Source: Gracilinanus agilis | Taxonomy: Eukaryota | Direction: 5' to 3' | Assembly: GCF_016433145.1 (NCBI RefSeq) | Contig: NC_058131.1 | Coordinates: 694,701,890-694,765,889, forward strand | DNA length: 64,000 bases | Shown here: positions 11,501 through 22,854 of the stretch, piece by piece | Layout of the letters: each line of letters begins with the position of its first letter | Position numbering within the stretch: the stretch's first letter is position 1 | Notes under the pieces: model-generated | Told to the model about the DNA's origin: nothing | The model's input: only the letters and a program-made list of their open reading frames with translations | Database searches by the model: none | Program-made: the position numbers and the translations under genes

Positions 11501-14500
11501 ATGCATCGGGAGCCCCTCTTCTGCCCCTCTCCTTAGCTGGGGGCCACACAGGCTGGAGCAGTCGCTGCTTCCCATTTGAGACGTCCAAGTTAGGCCGACG
11601 TTGCCGGCCAAGGCCTGCCAGACGCTGCCTTTCCTTTCCAAACATCAGAACTTTGGCCTTTCTCGTTCTGGATCTTCTTGATCATTCTCGGGACTCGCAG
11701 CACCTTAGCAGTCCCGTCAGCCTCCCCCTCGCCTTGCCTTTATCTGGGTCTGCTCTCTCTCTCTCTCTCCCCGCTTCTCTCCCCATATGCCCCTTGTTGC
11801 GCCGTGGCTGCTCTGGGTTGGTCCTCTCGTTTCTGGTGCCAAGGCCCCATCATGCTGAGGGTGGGGGTGCTCTTGCCTTGGCCACCACGTGGTAATCATG
11901 GCAGCTCGGATTCAGGCTTAGATCCTCCTTTGGTTCCTGTATCTGCCCGGTTCTAATCTCTCCTCTTTGGGCCCATTCCCAGCTCTTGTCTGTGACCACT
12001 AAGCCAAGCTGGGTGCCTGGTCAGAGGCATAATAATAGCTGTTTGATCCCCTTTTGGAGTGTCCCCCACACCGTGGGCTTGCCCAGATTTGGGGAGCCAA
12101 CTCGGCCTTTCCCTCCAAGGCCTCACTCACCACGTCCACAAAATGGGCAAAGGGATGCCGGTAGTCCCCCGTGTGGAAGGAGGGCTCCACGGCCACTTTT
12201 ATTTCCTTCCATTTGTGCTCTCTTTGGGCCAATCCTTGTTCTTTCTGATCCAGAGTTCCCTCTTCTTGAAGGAGAAAGTGGGCATCAAACAGTAACTGGC
12301 ACTTTCCTCAATTGGTGGGCTCCCTCTGTGCCTGGGGAGGGTATCACGGGGAGCCTCGGTGATCGGCGATCGGGTGGGGGCCTGGTAGACAAACTGGACC
12401 TCGGTACGAGTAGGGTGCTGCGCCCCAGAGCTGGGCGCTGCCCCAGCCAGTCAATGTCCCACCTTCCTGCCACTCTCCAGGCAAGTACCTGAATGTGGTC
12501 CGAGAGTGCGGCCATGATGTGACCTGCCCCGTGGCCAAGGAGATCGTCTACACCCTGAAGGAACGTGCCTATGTGGAGCAGATCGAGAAAGCCTTCAACT
12601 ATGCAAGCAAAGTGCTCCTGGACTTTCTGATGGAGGAGAAGGAGCTCGTGGCCCACTTGAGGTACCCATCCTGGTCACCCCCCAGGGCTGACCCGGCCGC
12701 ACATTCTTTTCTGGTCCTGATCTCTCCTCTTTGGACCTCCGCATCCCCTCTCTTACGCCCTTTTGCCTTGGAATCAGTTCTAAGACAGAAGAGCTCGAAG
12801 GGCTAGGCAAGGGGGGTTCAGTGACTTTCCCAGGGGTCCCACAGCTTTGAATCCAGGACTTCCTCTCTCTAGGCCTGGCTCTATCTGCTGTGCCACCCAG
12901 CTGCCCTCAGAGACTTTTTAAATAGAGGTCACTCCGGCTCCCCTGGGGCCAGATAGAACATTTCCTGTCTTCCCGCTTCGTTCTGCTATGGTCGTGCTCC
13001 TCCTGCTCTGTGTGCCCAAAGCACGGGTGTCCTGGGAAAGCCCCAAATGCCCCTTCACCCCCCAGGCCGCCTCTCCAGCCTGATTGTCTCATTGGGCGCA
13101 GGTCCATCAAGCACTACTTCCTCATGGACCAGGGGGACTTCTTTGTCCACTTCATGGACCTCACAGAGGAGGAGCTGAAGAAGCCTGTGGACGACATCAT
13201 CCCGACCCGGCTCGAAGCCCTGCTCGAACTAGCCTTGAGGATGAGCACGGCCAACACGGACCCCTTCAAGGATGACCTCAAGGTGAGCCTCGGACCCTCC
13301 GTGGGAAGAAGGTGAGGTGGCTGGCAACGGTGGCATCCCCTTAACCCTCCTCGAGCAGAAAATCTGACCACTGAGGTCACATCCTGGAAGTCATCGTGTG
13401 CCCCTTCCTGGTCTCCATCTCCAAGGAGAACCACAGGGTTCTGGGACATTCCCATACCACGTCACAGAATTATTTGGGGAATGGGGCGGGGGGACACAAG
13501 GGGTGCATTTCTGACTAGTGCCGTCCAGCGAGGCCCACCCCGCCACTACAAGAGGAAGCAGGTCCTCCTGCTGGCACTCAGTCCTCTTGGTGCCCATCCA
13601 CTCTGGCTCTGCCCTTGGCCATCATGGCCCACAGCTGAGGCTTGGGTTTGATACTCTCCGGGCTGGCTGCCCACCTTGTCCTCCAAACTAGGACTCCCCA
13701 GAGAGACCCCAGACCCCTTCGAGGTAAGGAGCGTTTGCTCCCATGGCCCCCCTCCCAGAACGGGAGGATTTGTCACCACCCAGCTGCAGCCGCCTCTCCT
13801 CTCCGTCCGTCTCTCTCTGACTCTGTCTCCCCTTTTGTGCCCACAGATTGACCTCATGCCCCACGACCTCATCACGCAGCTCCTGCGGGTTCTGGCCATC
13901 GAGACGAAGCAGGAAAAGGCCCTCATCAGCGCAGACCCAACAGAGCTGACGCTGAGCGGCCTCGAGGCTTTCTCCTTCGACTATGTGGTCAAGTGGCCGC
14001 TGTCCCTGATCATCAACAGGTGGGGGCCTTGGCAGAGGAGCCGGTGTCCCGGGGCCGGGGCAGGGGCGGCCCGTGGGTGTAGGTGTGGGGCAGCTGTTCA
14101 CGGCCGTGGCGCACACGTACACACGTGTATGGCACAGGCGTGGGCAGGCCAAGCAGCGGGTACATGTGTGTGCGCTCACCCAGGCCTCCTGCCCCGCACA
14201 GGAAGGCGCTCACCCGCTACCAGATGCTCTTCCGGCACATGTTCTACTGCAAGCACGTGGAGCGCCAGCTGTGCGGCGTCTGGATCAGCAACAAGACGGC
14301 CAAGCAGTTCTCCCTGCACGGCGCCAAGTGGTGGGTGCCCGGCCACGGCTCCCGGGCTTCCCTTCTCGGGCCGTCGCCCGCTCACTCTGGGCTCTTTCCC
14401 TTCCGCGTCAAGGCCCCCGTCCACCGCTGGGGAAAGGGGTGGCTGAGGGTCCCCTCAGGAGGCTTCAGGCTCTCCCCGGATCCCGTCAGTCATTCCCCCG

Positions 14501-17500
14501 ACCCTCCCCGGCGGCCCCCAGAGCTCCACCCTCGGGGTGCCACACACCAGAGAGAAGGCGCCTCTCCTGTCTCCGGGCACACCCTCCCCCACGCGCTGAG
14601 GTCCCGTGTCCGCTCTGCCCACGCAGGTTCGCAGGCGCCTTCACCCTGAGGCAGCGGATGCTGAACTTCGTCCAGAACATCCAGTATTACATGATGTTCG
14701 AGGTCATGGAGCCCACGTGGCACGTCCTGGAGAAGAACCTGAAGTCGGTGAGCGCGGGGCGTCGGGAGCCGAGACCGTGGCAGGGGCAGCTGGGAGGCTG
14801 GGCAGGCAGCACTGTGCCATCACCGGCTCTTCCCTCTCCATGGAAGGCAGCGAGGGCCTTGGCGATGGTGGGCACTATGCCCATGCCAGCTCTTCTCAAT
14901 GGAAGCTAGCAGGGCCTTGGAAATGGTGGCTAGGCTGGCAGGTGGGTAGTGCTGTGCCAATGCCGGCTTGCTGTGCGCTAGCTGCCACACTCAGAACTGG
15001 ATTCAGAGGCAGTCAGACGGGAGGAGAATCCCTGCCCTCAAGGTGGGCACACACTAATGGGCAAAGGCAGCCCATACAAGGGAGCTGAGGGTGTCCTGGT
15101 GCAGGGTGCAAATTCAGGGACAGAGATGGTAGATGAGGATTGTTAGCCCTGTGGATGGCCCTTCTAGGCGAGGAGGTCCTGCAGAGACACCAGGATGACG
15201 GGCACACGGACCAGCTACCCAGGTTGTCACGGTCACCTAGCCGTGTGGAGCCTCCTGGGGCCATTGTCCGTGTTTCCCCAGAGCCATGAGGGGGCATTGG
15301 TGAGAAGCCTGGGCCGAGGAGAAGGCCAAAAGTAGTCAAAAGTGTTCAGAGCCTCTTGGACCTTCCCCCAGCTCTGACAGCCTGACTCTGGGCACTGAGT
15401 CGAAGGTGCCCAGAGGTGCCAACGGGCAGGGCGCTATCCCCCATCCCCATGGGATGAAAGATGCCGTCTGCAGGAGTCCAGGCCGGGGAGGGTTTCCCCT
15501 TAGTGACAGATGAGGCGCTCTAGGCCTTGGGAAGGTGGCAGAGCAGAAGTGGGGTCCCACAGCACACACACCAACCCTGGAGAACCAAAGTGGATCAGAA
15601 CTCCCCAGGCTGCCACAGTAGGCACGAATGACCAAGGGGCCGCGCCACTCTTGGGAAGGAGCGAGGAGCCTCCCTGGTGGGGGTGGCGCCAAAAGGTCCT
15701 GGGCAGGCCTGGCCGCAGCTGGACATCCCTGTCCCTGCCAAAGCAGGGAGCGAAAGGTGCCCGGCCCCCAAGGCATTATCTTCCCACCTCATGGGGAGGC
15801 AGGAATTCTGCCCCCAGCAAGGGGACGCTCCCTCGGGATGATTCCGTGTGCCCAGCTCCCCGTGCCCGTCCCCACAGCTGCTCCCTTCGAGTTGAGGCTT
15901 CACCCGCCCGCCCGCTCTGGATGATGTTGGGTGGGCAGTGCCCAGGGCGCCCCCCCCAGCTCACCCTCTCTTCCCCGCAGGCGTCCAACATCGACGATGT
16001 CCTGGGCCACCACACGAGCTTCCTGGACAACTGCCTGAAGGACTGTATGCTCACCAACCCGGAGCTGCTCAAGATCTTCTCCAAGCTCATGTCCGTCTGC
16101 GTCATGTTCACCAACTGCATGCAGGTCAGCGGGTGGCACGGGCGGCAGGTGTAGCCGGGTGACGGGGCAGGTGTAGGAGGTGGGCACAGCTGGGTGACAC
16201 AGGGCAGGTGTGGGCCCTTCTCCCCAGGCCCTGCTCAAGTCACTCATGTGTCTGGCCAGTCTTGGCCCTGGCATAGGCCCTAATGCCCTCCTCTTCCCCA
16301 GGGGAAGCTCCTGGTCTAGGTGCCCGGGTGCCCTTCTCTTCCATGCTGGCGTGGGTCAGACTGGACAGCTGAGGCTTCGTGGGGCCAGGGGTCAGAGGCC
16401 GTCCTTTAGTGGGCAAGGGCTGGGGGCATCAGGAAGAGGTAGAAGGGTGACTCGTTTCCACCTGGATCCCCGGCCTGAGCGACAGCTGCCAGGCTGTTTC
16501 CTTGGGGACCTTTAAAGGGTGCCCGTCTCCTCCCTTTCCCCTGAAGCGATTCACCCAGAGTATGAAGCTGGACAGCGAGCGCAGCCGCCCCCCAATGGAG
16601 CCGGGCACCATGCTGGGGCCTCCTACGGAGGCCGAGCGAGTGGAGGAGGCTCTCAAGAGGAAGCTCACCAGCAAAGTGAGTGCTCGGGGCTAGGGGGAGC
16701 CGTCCGGTCTGGTCTCGTTAGAGAGAGCACGCAGGGGCCTCGTTAGCTTGGCCCAAGTCTGCTTGGACCATCTGAACACCCCTAGGGGAGGGGAGTGAGC
16801 AGCCCCGGCCCGGCGTGCCCAGAGAAGGAGCAAGCACCCGCTGTGTGCCAGGGCTTTGCCTCTGAGCCTTCCAGCAATCCTGGGAGGAGGTGGGGGCTCT
16901 TCCTGTCCCCATTCTACATTTGGGGAAACTGAGGCACATTGTGAGGAAGCAGCTCACCAGGGTCACAGAGGGTCCAGCGCCCCATCCCCTGGACCCCTCA
17001 TTGCCCATAGACAGAAATCCAGGGCCCAGCTCTTCCCCTGTGCCCTCATGTGGGGATGGCTTGGGGTGTGCCCAGCTTTGGTTTGCGCCACCTACCTCAG
17101 GCCCGCCGCAAGGGTCATTCCTGGGGGTTGGGCCTATGAGGACCTCAGAGGGAAGGAGAAGACGGGTGTGGGAGCCCCACGGGGGGGGTTGGCGGGGTGA
17201 GAACATGCAAACACCCCACGAGTGTGGGTTCCAGAGTGGTCGTCACTGGGATCAGGGACAGGGGCAGGGCAGCACCTTCCGGTGGGCACCCACCCCACCG
17301 TGACCCACGGCCGGCCGTGGCACGAGGTGGCCTCTGACTCGGTCGCCCTCCCAGTACCTGGCGGAGCACGCGGACGCTCTGCAGCTGACGTCCGGCTTCG
17401 AGGCCACCGTCACCAAGTTTGACAAGAACTTCTCCTCCCACCTCCTGGACCTGCTGGACAAGCTGAGTGTGTTCAGCACCAACGACTGCGAGCACAGCAT

Positions 17501-18058
17501 GGTCAGCGTCATCTCCAGGTGAGGCTGGGGCCGCCCCCCAGAGAGCCCCCCACAAAGAAGCCAGGAGACGGGTCCCAGCAGAGCGTTCTGGGCCCTGCCG
17601 ACCCCCCTCTGCTTCCCGGCTGTCCACCAGGGGGCTCCGTGGGTCAAGGACCTGCCCCGGGCCCAGGCTGCCTCACGGGGGATGGCCTCGTCCCCCTGTT
17701 CTGACCAAGGTATGGCCCTCTGGGCCCCGCTCGTGCCTCGTCCCCTCGGCCCAGGCCAGCCATCTTTGAGGTGTCCGTCTCCAACAGCCGCTGCGTGCCG
17801 TGTTTCAGCGCCCACCTCTGAGAAGCTCACACTCTGTTGGGGGGGACATAGCAGGGAGCCCCCAGTTCAGGCCAGGGGGGATGGGCGCGGGCACAGGCAA
17901 ACCCCCCTCCCCCCCACAGGCTCTCAGGGTCTCTCCTCTCCCCCAGGCTGGACTTCAATGGTTTCTACACCGAGCGACTAGAGCACCTGTCTGCCGAGAG
18001 GAGCCAGAAGGTGGTGGCCCAGATGCCCATGGCCCGAGTGGCTCTGCCCGTGCAGTGA
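2218..18058 (+). CDS. TUBGCP2: Gamma-tubulin complex component 2; 3' 13 coding exons (692 aa plus stop in window; 5' exons off-window)
   Basis: Exons join in phase (2078 nt plus 1 nt from the upstream exon = 693 codons). All junctions are GT-AG. The translation closely matches recalled human GCP2, e.g. LPLASQEAAVVEDLLYVLVGVDG, YFLMDQGDFFVHFMDL, RLDFNGFYTERL. Confidence 0.97.
2440..2512 (+). repeat. (GT)n microsatellite, about 36 units with one interruption
   Basis: Read directly; starts 14 nt after the exon donor. Confidence 0.97.
3008..3166 (-). mobile_element. Marsupial tRNA-derived SINE (SINE2_Mdo-like)
   Basis: Reverse complement of the ggttcaaat..gcctcagacacttcct..ctgccttggagccaat motifs. 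Confidence 0.75.
3736..3935 (+). CDS. TUBGCP2: TUBGCP2 exon 2: FIEEKSSFEYGQVNH...EILASL
   Basis: tgcag|GTTCATA ... CTTG|gtgag; 200 nt. Confidence 0.95.
4073..4396 (-). repeat. 3' LTR of the ERV
   Basis: On the - strand, TATAA at 4256-4252 and AATAAA at 4123-4118; preceded by the PPT. Confidence 0.85.
7829..8139 (-). repeat. 5' LTR of the ERV
   Basis: Homologous to 4073-4396; followed on the - strand by GTTT-TGGCAACCAC (PBS-like). Confidence 0.85.
9139..9328 (+). CDS. TUBGCP2: TUBGCP2 exon 3: ATSVDKGECLGG...INDPYS
   Basis: ctgcag|CCACC ... TACAG|gtattg; 190 nt. Confidence 0.95.
10687..10832 (+). CDS. TUBGCP2: TUBGCP2 exon 4: EFMVEEHELQKE...KILSTG
   Basis: acgcag|TGAG ... ACAG|gtgagg; 146 nt. 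Confidence 0.95.
12481..12661 (+). CDS. TUBGCP2: TUBGCP2 exon 5: KYLNVVRECG...LVAHLR
   Basis: ctccag|GCAAG ... TTGAG|gtaccc; 181 nt. Confidence 0.95.
12752..12906 (-). mobile_element. Marsupial SINE (SINE2_Mdo-like), degraded
   Basis: Reverse-complement SINE head (gggcagctgggtggc) and tail motifs. Confidence 0.7.
13102..13282 (+). CDS. TUBGCP2: TUBGCP2 exon 6: SIKHYFLMDQGD...FKDDLK
   Basis: gcgcag|GTCC ... CAAG|gtgagc; 181 nt. Confidence 0.95.
13847..14019 (+). CDS. TUBGCP2: TUBGCP2 exon 7: IDLMPHDL...LSLIINR
   Basis: ccacag|ATTG ... AACAG|gtgggg; 173 nt. Confidence 0.95.
14202..14330 (+). CDS. TUBGCP2: TUBGCP2 exon 8: KALTRYQMLFRH...HGAKW
   Basis: gcacag|GAAG ... AAGTG|gtgggt; 129 nt. 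Confidence 0.94.
14627..14747 (+). CDS. TUBGCP2: TUBGCP2 exon 9: FAGAFTLRQRML...KNLKS
   Basis: acgcag|GTTC ... TCG|gtgagc; 121 nt. Confidence 0.95.
15981..16124 (+). CDS. TUBGCP2: TUBGCP2 exon 10: ASNIDDVLGHH...TNCMQ
   Basis: ccgcag|GCG ... CAG|gtcagc; 144 nt. Confidence 0.95.
16547..16675 (+). CDS. TUBGCP2: TUBGCP2 exon 11: RFTQSMKLD...KLTSK
   Basis: ctgaag|CGA ... AAA|gtgagt; 129 nt; variable linker region. Confidence 0.9.
17355..17518 (+). CDS. TUBGCP2: TUBGCP2 exon 12: YLAEHADAL...VSVISR
   Basis: tcccag|TAC ... TCCAG|gtgagg; 164 nt. Confidence 0.94.
17947..18058 (+). CDS. TUBGCP2: TUBGCP2 terminal exon: LDFNGFYTERL...ALPVQ*
   Basis: ccccag|GCTG; TGA at 18056-18058. Confidence 0.94.
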
Positions 18059-18119
18059 GGGGCACCGCCCCGAGGAGGCTCTGGGTGCCAGGCGGGGAGG
18101 GGCAGGGCAGAGCGTTTAC

Positions 18120-18205
18120 ATTACAAACATGAGAGAAAGCGAGCCTGCGCCTCCTCTGTCCGTGCGTCTCCTGTCTGTGTCCCCTCTGTCCGTCTGTGCG
18201 TCTCC
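18120..18205 (+). terminator. Candidate non-canonical poly(A) site of TUBGCP2 (ATTACA plus GU-rich downstream tract)
   Basis: ATTACA at 18120-18125, followed by a TGT/GT-rich tract at about 18155-18205. No AATAAA/ATTAAA seen nearby. Confidence 0.35.
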
Positions 18206-21200
18206 TCACAGGGGCCGTCCGGTCAGCTGCAGAAGTTGGCCTGGAAGCCGCTGGCCACACCCTCTCTTTCGGGGGACCAGATGCAGAGGACGGGTCATTC
18301 CTCCGGGGGGCTCCCGGCTCCCCCCTGGGCACTTGTCCCGGAGCCCCGGCTGTTGGCGGTCAGTGACAGGGTCAGAGCCACATGCCAAGCACCAGGCCCA
18401 CCGTCAGAAGACCCGAGTTCATATCCTGCCTCGGACACGGACTGACCGGGTGGTGCTAGCAAGGAGCTTCCCCTCAGCCCGCCTGGGCCTCCCCTCCCTA
18501 GGAACCCGGCCACGCTCGCCCTGGCGTACACATGCCGCCGCATCCGCGGCCTCAACAAGAGACCGTCAGTGCCCAGGAGCGGCTCGACCTGCGGCCAACT
18601 TTTGGGGGGGGGGGCCAGAGGGGTCTTAAGAGGCCTTCCCAGGCCAGTGACCTGAGCAGGGAGCTGCAGCGAGGTCCTCCAGCTCCCGGGGCTCCCCTCG
18701 GGAGAAAGGGCCGAGCACGAGGCCCCCCGAGGAAGGCTGGGAGCTCCACCCTCTCCGCTGTGGCTTCCCTGGCCGTGACGGCGTCTGTGGTTAGGAGCGA
18801 GAGCACCCAGCTTCCTGTGATGGGCGGCCGGGGTGTTGGGCGATGGCCGGAGCTGCCTTTCGCCACCCTGGAAGCGGTCTCTGGTGAAACTTCCTCTACT
18901 TTGCCCCCTCTGACGCATGGGGCTCCCCGTCATTCTTGCACCCCCTCTGGCCCTGCCCCCGAGGGTGCCACGCAGGCTCAGAGCCGTCCATCCGTCGCAT
19001 CGTCATCCCCCATCCCCACGCAGGTGCAGGAGTGCCATCCCCCCCCCTTCTCTCTGGCCGCCCCCAGGCTCAGCCCTCGTCTCCTGCCTACGTGGTTCTG
19101 CCAGACCTCTGCTTGGTCCCTGCCCTTGGCTGCCAGGGTGGGGTCTCCCTGGGCCCCTGGCACAGAATGCCCCAGCTGCTCCGTGCAACGTGGCAGGCAG
19201 GCATTTCCTCCGTGCACACAGCAGGGAGCCCGGTGTGGGTGGCATCCGGGCTGGGATGGAGAAGGCTGCAGGGGCTGCACAGTGGGCATTCGTTAAGCCC
19301 CTGCTGCGTGCAGGGCATCGTGCCAGGCTCTGGGCTTACAAGGAGAGAGGACAAGGCCATCCCCGTCCTCAGAACTTGGGGTTCCATGAAAGGGAGACCA
19401 CAAACAGGGCCAACGCTGGAACTGAGAGGTCAGAGAAGGCTTCCTGTCGGAGGGGGGCATTTAGCAGAGCTTGAAGGAAGCCGGAAGGGAGCGAGATTCT
19501 GGGGTGCATGCTGGTCCCTTCCCGTGCTGCAGATGGCCCCCAAGTCACTGGTTCTTGGCACTGATCACCGGAGAGATGATGGCGCAAAGGAGGTGCTCTC
19601 ATAGCCCTTGTGACCCCCAGATCCATTGGCGGGACGACTGGCAGGGTCCTTTGGGGGGACAGACAAGGCCCGCGGAGTCGGGTCGTGACCTGGGGGATTC
19701 TGGATGGTGGGGGAGAAGGCTGGGCCTGGACCGTCCTGGGTCGGACCATTGGGAGTGGATGCTGACCAGAGAGGAAGCCGTGGAGGGATCCAGGTGGGGC
19801 AGCCACGAGAGCCCCAGCATGGCGGGGCACCCCCCCGACTCTGTCTCCTTTTCCCATCCTGTGGCCCCTCCCCACCAACCCCTCCCAGGACATCTGGGCA
19901 CAGCCTGGCCCTAGAGGGGAAGGTCGGCCTCAGAGGCTTCTGCACCGGGGCCTGAGCCGTTCGCCCCTCACCCTGGGCCTCAGTTTCCTCACAAAATGGG
20001 CCGGTTGGGTTGAGTCTCAGGGACCTTCCCCCCTCACCCTCCTCCTGAGTTACCCAACAGGGGCAGCCCTGACCTGCTCGCCCCATCTGTGGGCCTCTCC
20101 TGAGTGAGCTGCTCCTGGGCCCCAGGGAGAACAGTGTGACCACTTAGGACAAAGCTGGAGGGTCCTGGGTTTCAATCTGGCCTCAGACACTTCCTAGCCA
20201 GGTGACCCTGGACAAGTCACTTCCCCCCGCCCCTTCCCCTTCGCCCAGCCCTGACGGCTCCTCTGCCTCGGCACCACATGCGGCGTTGATGCTAAGCCAG
20301 AAGGCACAAAGGGTGGTCCCAGAGGAGGAGCAGGCCGGCTTCTCATTGTACAGCCATGTGTCCTCTTGGCACGCCGGGCACTGGCGTGGGGCTTCCTTGT
20401 ATTTCTTTAAAATAGGCCAGGCGTGATGAGCCCCTCGCACCAAACCGAGGCGGGCAGGGGCAAAGGTGGGGGCTCACCACTCTGGCCGGGCACTGGGGGG
20501 GCAGAGGCCGGGAGGCACTGTTGCCACACCTGCCCCAGCTGTTTCCCCAAGCCTGTCCGGAAGCCAACTCGGGGCCAAGCACAGGGAGCCCCTGAGGGAC
20601 CCCAATGAGCCGCAGCCCAAGAGCCGACGAGCCAGGAGGACGGCGCGCCAACAATCTGTGGCCCTTCCGGCTGTGCCCGTTTGGCAGAGATGCCTTCTCC
20701 GGCCCATTTTACAGATGAAGCGACTGAAGCAGATGGGGTCCGGGGACTTCCCCAGGGCCACACAGCTCCGATGTCTGGATCCACAGGGGCCGCTGGCAGA
20801 GGCAGGCCCTGGCGCTGGGGCGTGGGGGGCTTTCCTGGGAAGGGGGGAGGCCCACAAGCCAGGCTGCAGGGAGAGGAGAGCAGGGCGGCCTGGCAGCGGC
20901 GAAGGCTCCCGGGAGGTGCCGGCAGGTTCTCTGGAGCGGCCCCATCGCACCCTTGGGAGATCTTCCCACCTTTTCCCCCAGGGCTCGAGGGCAGCCGCAG
21001 AGGGCAGGAGGAGCCCAGGGCCAGGCTTGAGGGAGCACCTTTGGCACGCTGGATATGTTGGCATTCGAGAAGGGCCGGGCCAAGACAGAGGGAAGGGTGG
21101 ATGGCAGCCCACTGCTCGGAGGGGAAAGAATCTCAGCCTGGAGCCTGAGTGAGGGCAGGGCGAGGGGCCAGTGGAGGGCCTCTGAGGCTCACGTGTCCTG

Positions 21201-21612
21201 GAGGGAGTGGCGGGAGGGTCCCCGAGCTCTGATGGGAGGCAGAAGGAGGGCCTGGAAGTGCTCGTGGCCAACGAGGAGGAATCCGACTCCCCGTGTGGAG
21301 GAGTCAAAACGCAGCCGAGGCTGGAACGGGCATCGGAGAGGAAGGGCCAGGTGGGCGGCCCGGCGGCTGCCGAGGTTTCGGAATTCCCAGGCCGGGAGCC
21401 AAGAGGGAGCCGGCTGAGCGTTCGCCCGAGGAACTCGCTGGGCAGGTGATCGGAGTTCGTGGGGGCTTCGAGGCACGGCTGTCCGGCACGGCAGCCCGGA
21501 AGGGCGGAAAGGCGGCTCTGGGCAGGCCTCCCCTGGCCAGCGTGAGGCAGCTCAGGAAGGAGATGGTGACTCACTCTCAGGGGCTCCTCCTGACTTCATC
21601 CTCGGTGGCTGC

Positions 21613-21792
21613 TGAGTCATTCCCGTCCTGACTCTCGGTGACCCCATTCGGGGTTTCTTGGCTCAGATCCGGAGCGCTTGGCCACTTCCTTCTGCGGTAA
21701 ACAGGGTGAAGTGACTCGTCCAGGCTCACACAGCTAGGAAGGGTCTGACACGGGATTTGAACTCGGGGCTTCCTGACTGCCTCGCTGCCCCT
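21613..21792 (-). mobile_element. MAR1-like SINE (CORE-SINE with RTE-like tail)
   Basis: gtgaccccattcggggtttcttgg...gtgactcgtccaggctcacacagctag matches the recalled MAR1 consensus in reverse. Confidence 0.7.
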
Positions 21793-22669
21793 CCAGCTCA
21801 TTCTCTGGCATTTTAGACTCCAGATTCTCTTCATGAAACCCAAGAATCAGTTCGCTTTTTCCTGCTCCGTGCGTCACTGTCAGGTGGCGAGCTTGTGGTC
21901 CCCTCGGCCCCCCGGCCCCTTCCCAGGAGCTGCGAGCAGCCAGAGCCTTGGGGCCCGGGGCCCGGGGACGGGCAGGGACTCCAAAGAATGGCTCACAATT
22001 GTGGGGACGGGAGGCTGAGGAAAACCAGAAGGAAAATGAGTGGCGCCAAAGGAGGTGAGGCTGGAGGAAGACTTGGGGAGAGGAAGGCGGGTGGGAAGGC
22101 GAGGCCAGAGCAGCAGGGGGAAAGGCAGGCGAGGTGGGAGGGCAGGCGCACAGGGAAGCCTGCCTAGATGCGGTGGGGACGCCAACAAGCAAGATGGGGC
22201 CTGAGGAGAGGGCACGGGATTCTGCAGGCATTTCCAGCCACCACCCCATGGTTTGGTTTCTGCCGGGACCACACCCAGAGGACCCCCAATCGGGCATCTC
22301 CCTGCTGGAGTGGAGGGTTCGCAGCCTACCTCGCCACCCCGTGGTCACTGGGGACCATGAAGGGCCCCTGAGGACACTTCCTGGTGAACAGAAGCAAGAA
22401 CGAGCATCTGAGGCCAGGCAGGCAGAAGAGCCACTGACCACCCACGGGAGGCTCTCGTTAAACGTGGGTGAGTCACTTCTGAGTTCCGTTCCCCGAGGGG
22501 GCCCCTTCCTGATGGGTTCTCTCTCCAGGTGGGCAGCTTCTTCCTAGGGCCGTCGCGGGTGAGCTCAGTGTTCCCGATCCTCAGCCATTCGCTCTCAGGT
22601 GCACAACGTTCTCCTGGTTCTGCCCATTTCACTCTTCATCATTTCCTGCGAGTCTTCGCAGGTCTTTCT

Positions 22670-22850
22670 TTTTCTTTCTTTAAACCCTTACCTTCCGTCT
22701 TAACGGCAGATCCAGGACAGAAGGGCAGCAAGGGCTAGGCAGGGGTAAGCGACTTGCCCAGAGTCACACGGGAAACATCTGGAGACTGATTTGAACCCAG
22801 CTCCTCCTGACTCCTGGCCCGGTGCTCTATCCTCTGTGCTGCCTAGCTGG
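22670..22850 (-). mobile_element. SINE2_Mdo-like SINE
   Basis: aaacccttaccttccgtct tail and gacttgcccagagtcacac / tttgaaccc head motifs. Confidence 0.7.
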
Positions 22851-22854
22851 TCCT

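Noticed and set aside
20742-20753. NF-kB-like GGGGACTTCCCC (also 4524-4535 reverse and 54038-54047)
   Set aside because: Isolated, inside repeat remnants, and expected by chance in GC-rich DNA.
20474-21574. 366-aa - strand ORF in the TUBGCP2-ADAM8 spacer
   Set aside because: GC-rich low-complexity translation overlapping a MIR remnant; several frames are open at once, as expected by chance.
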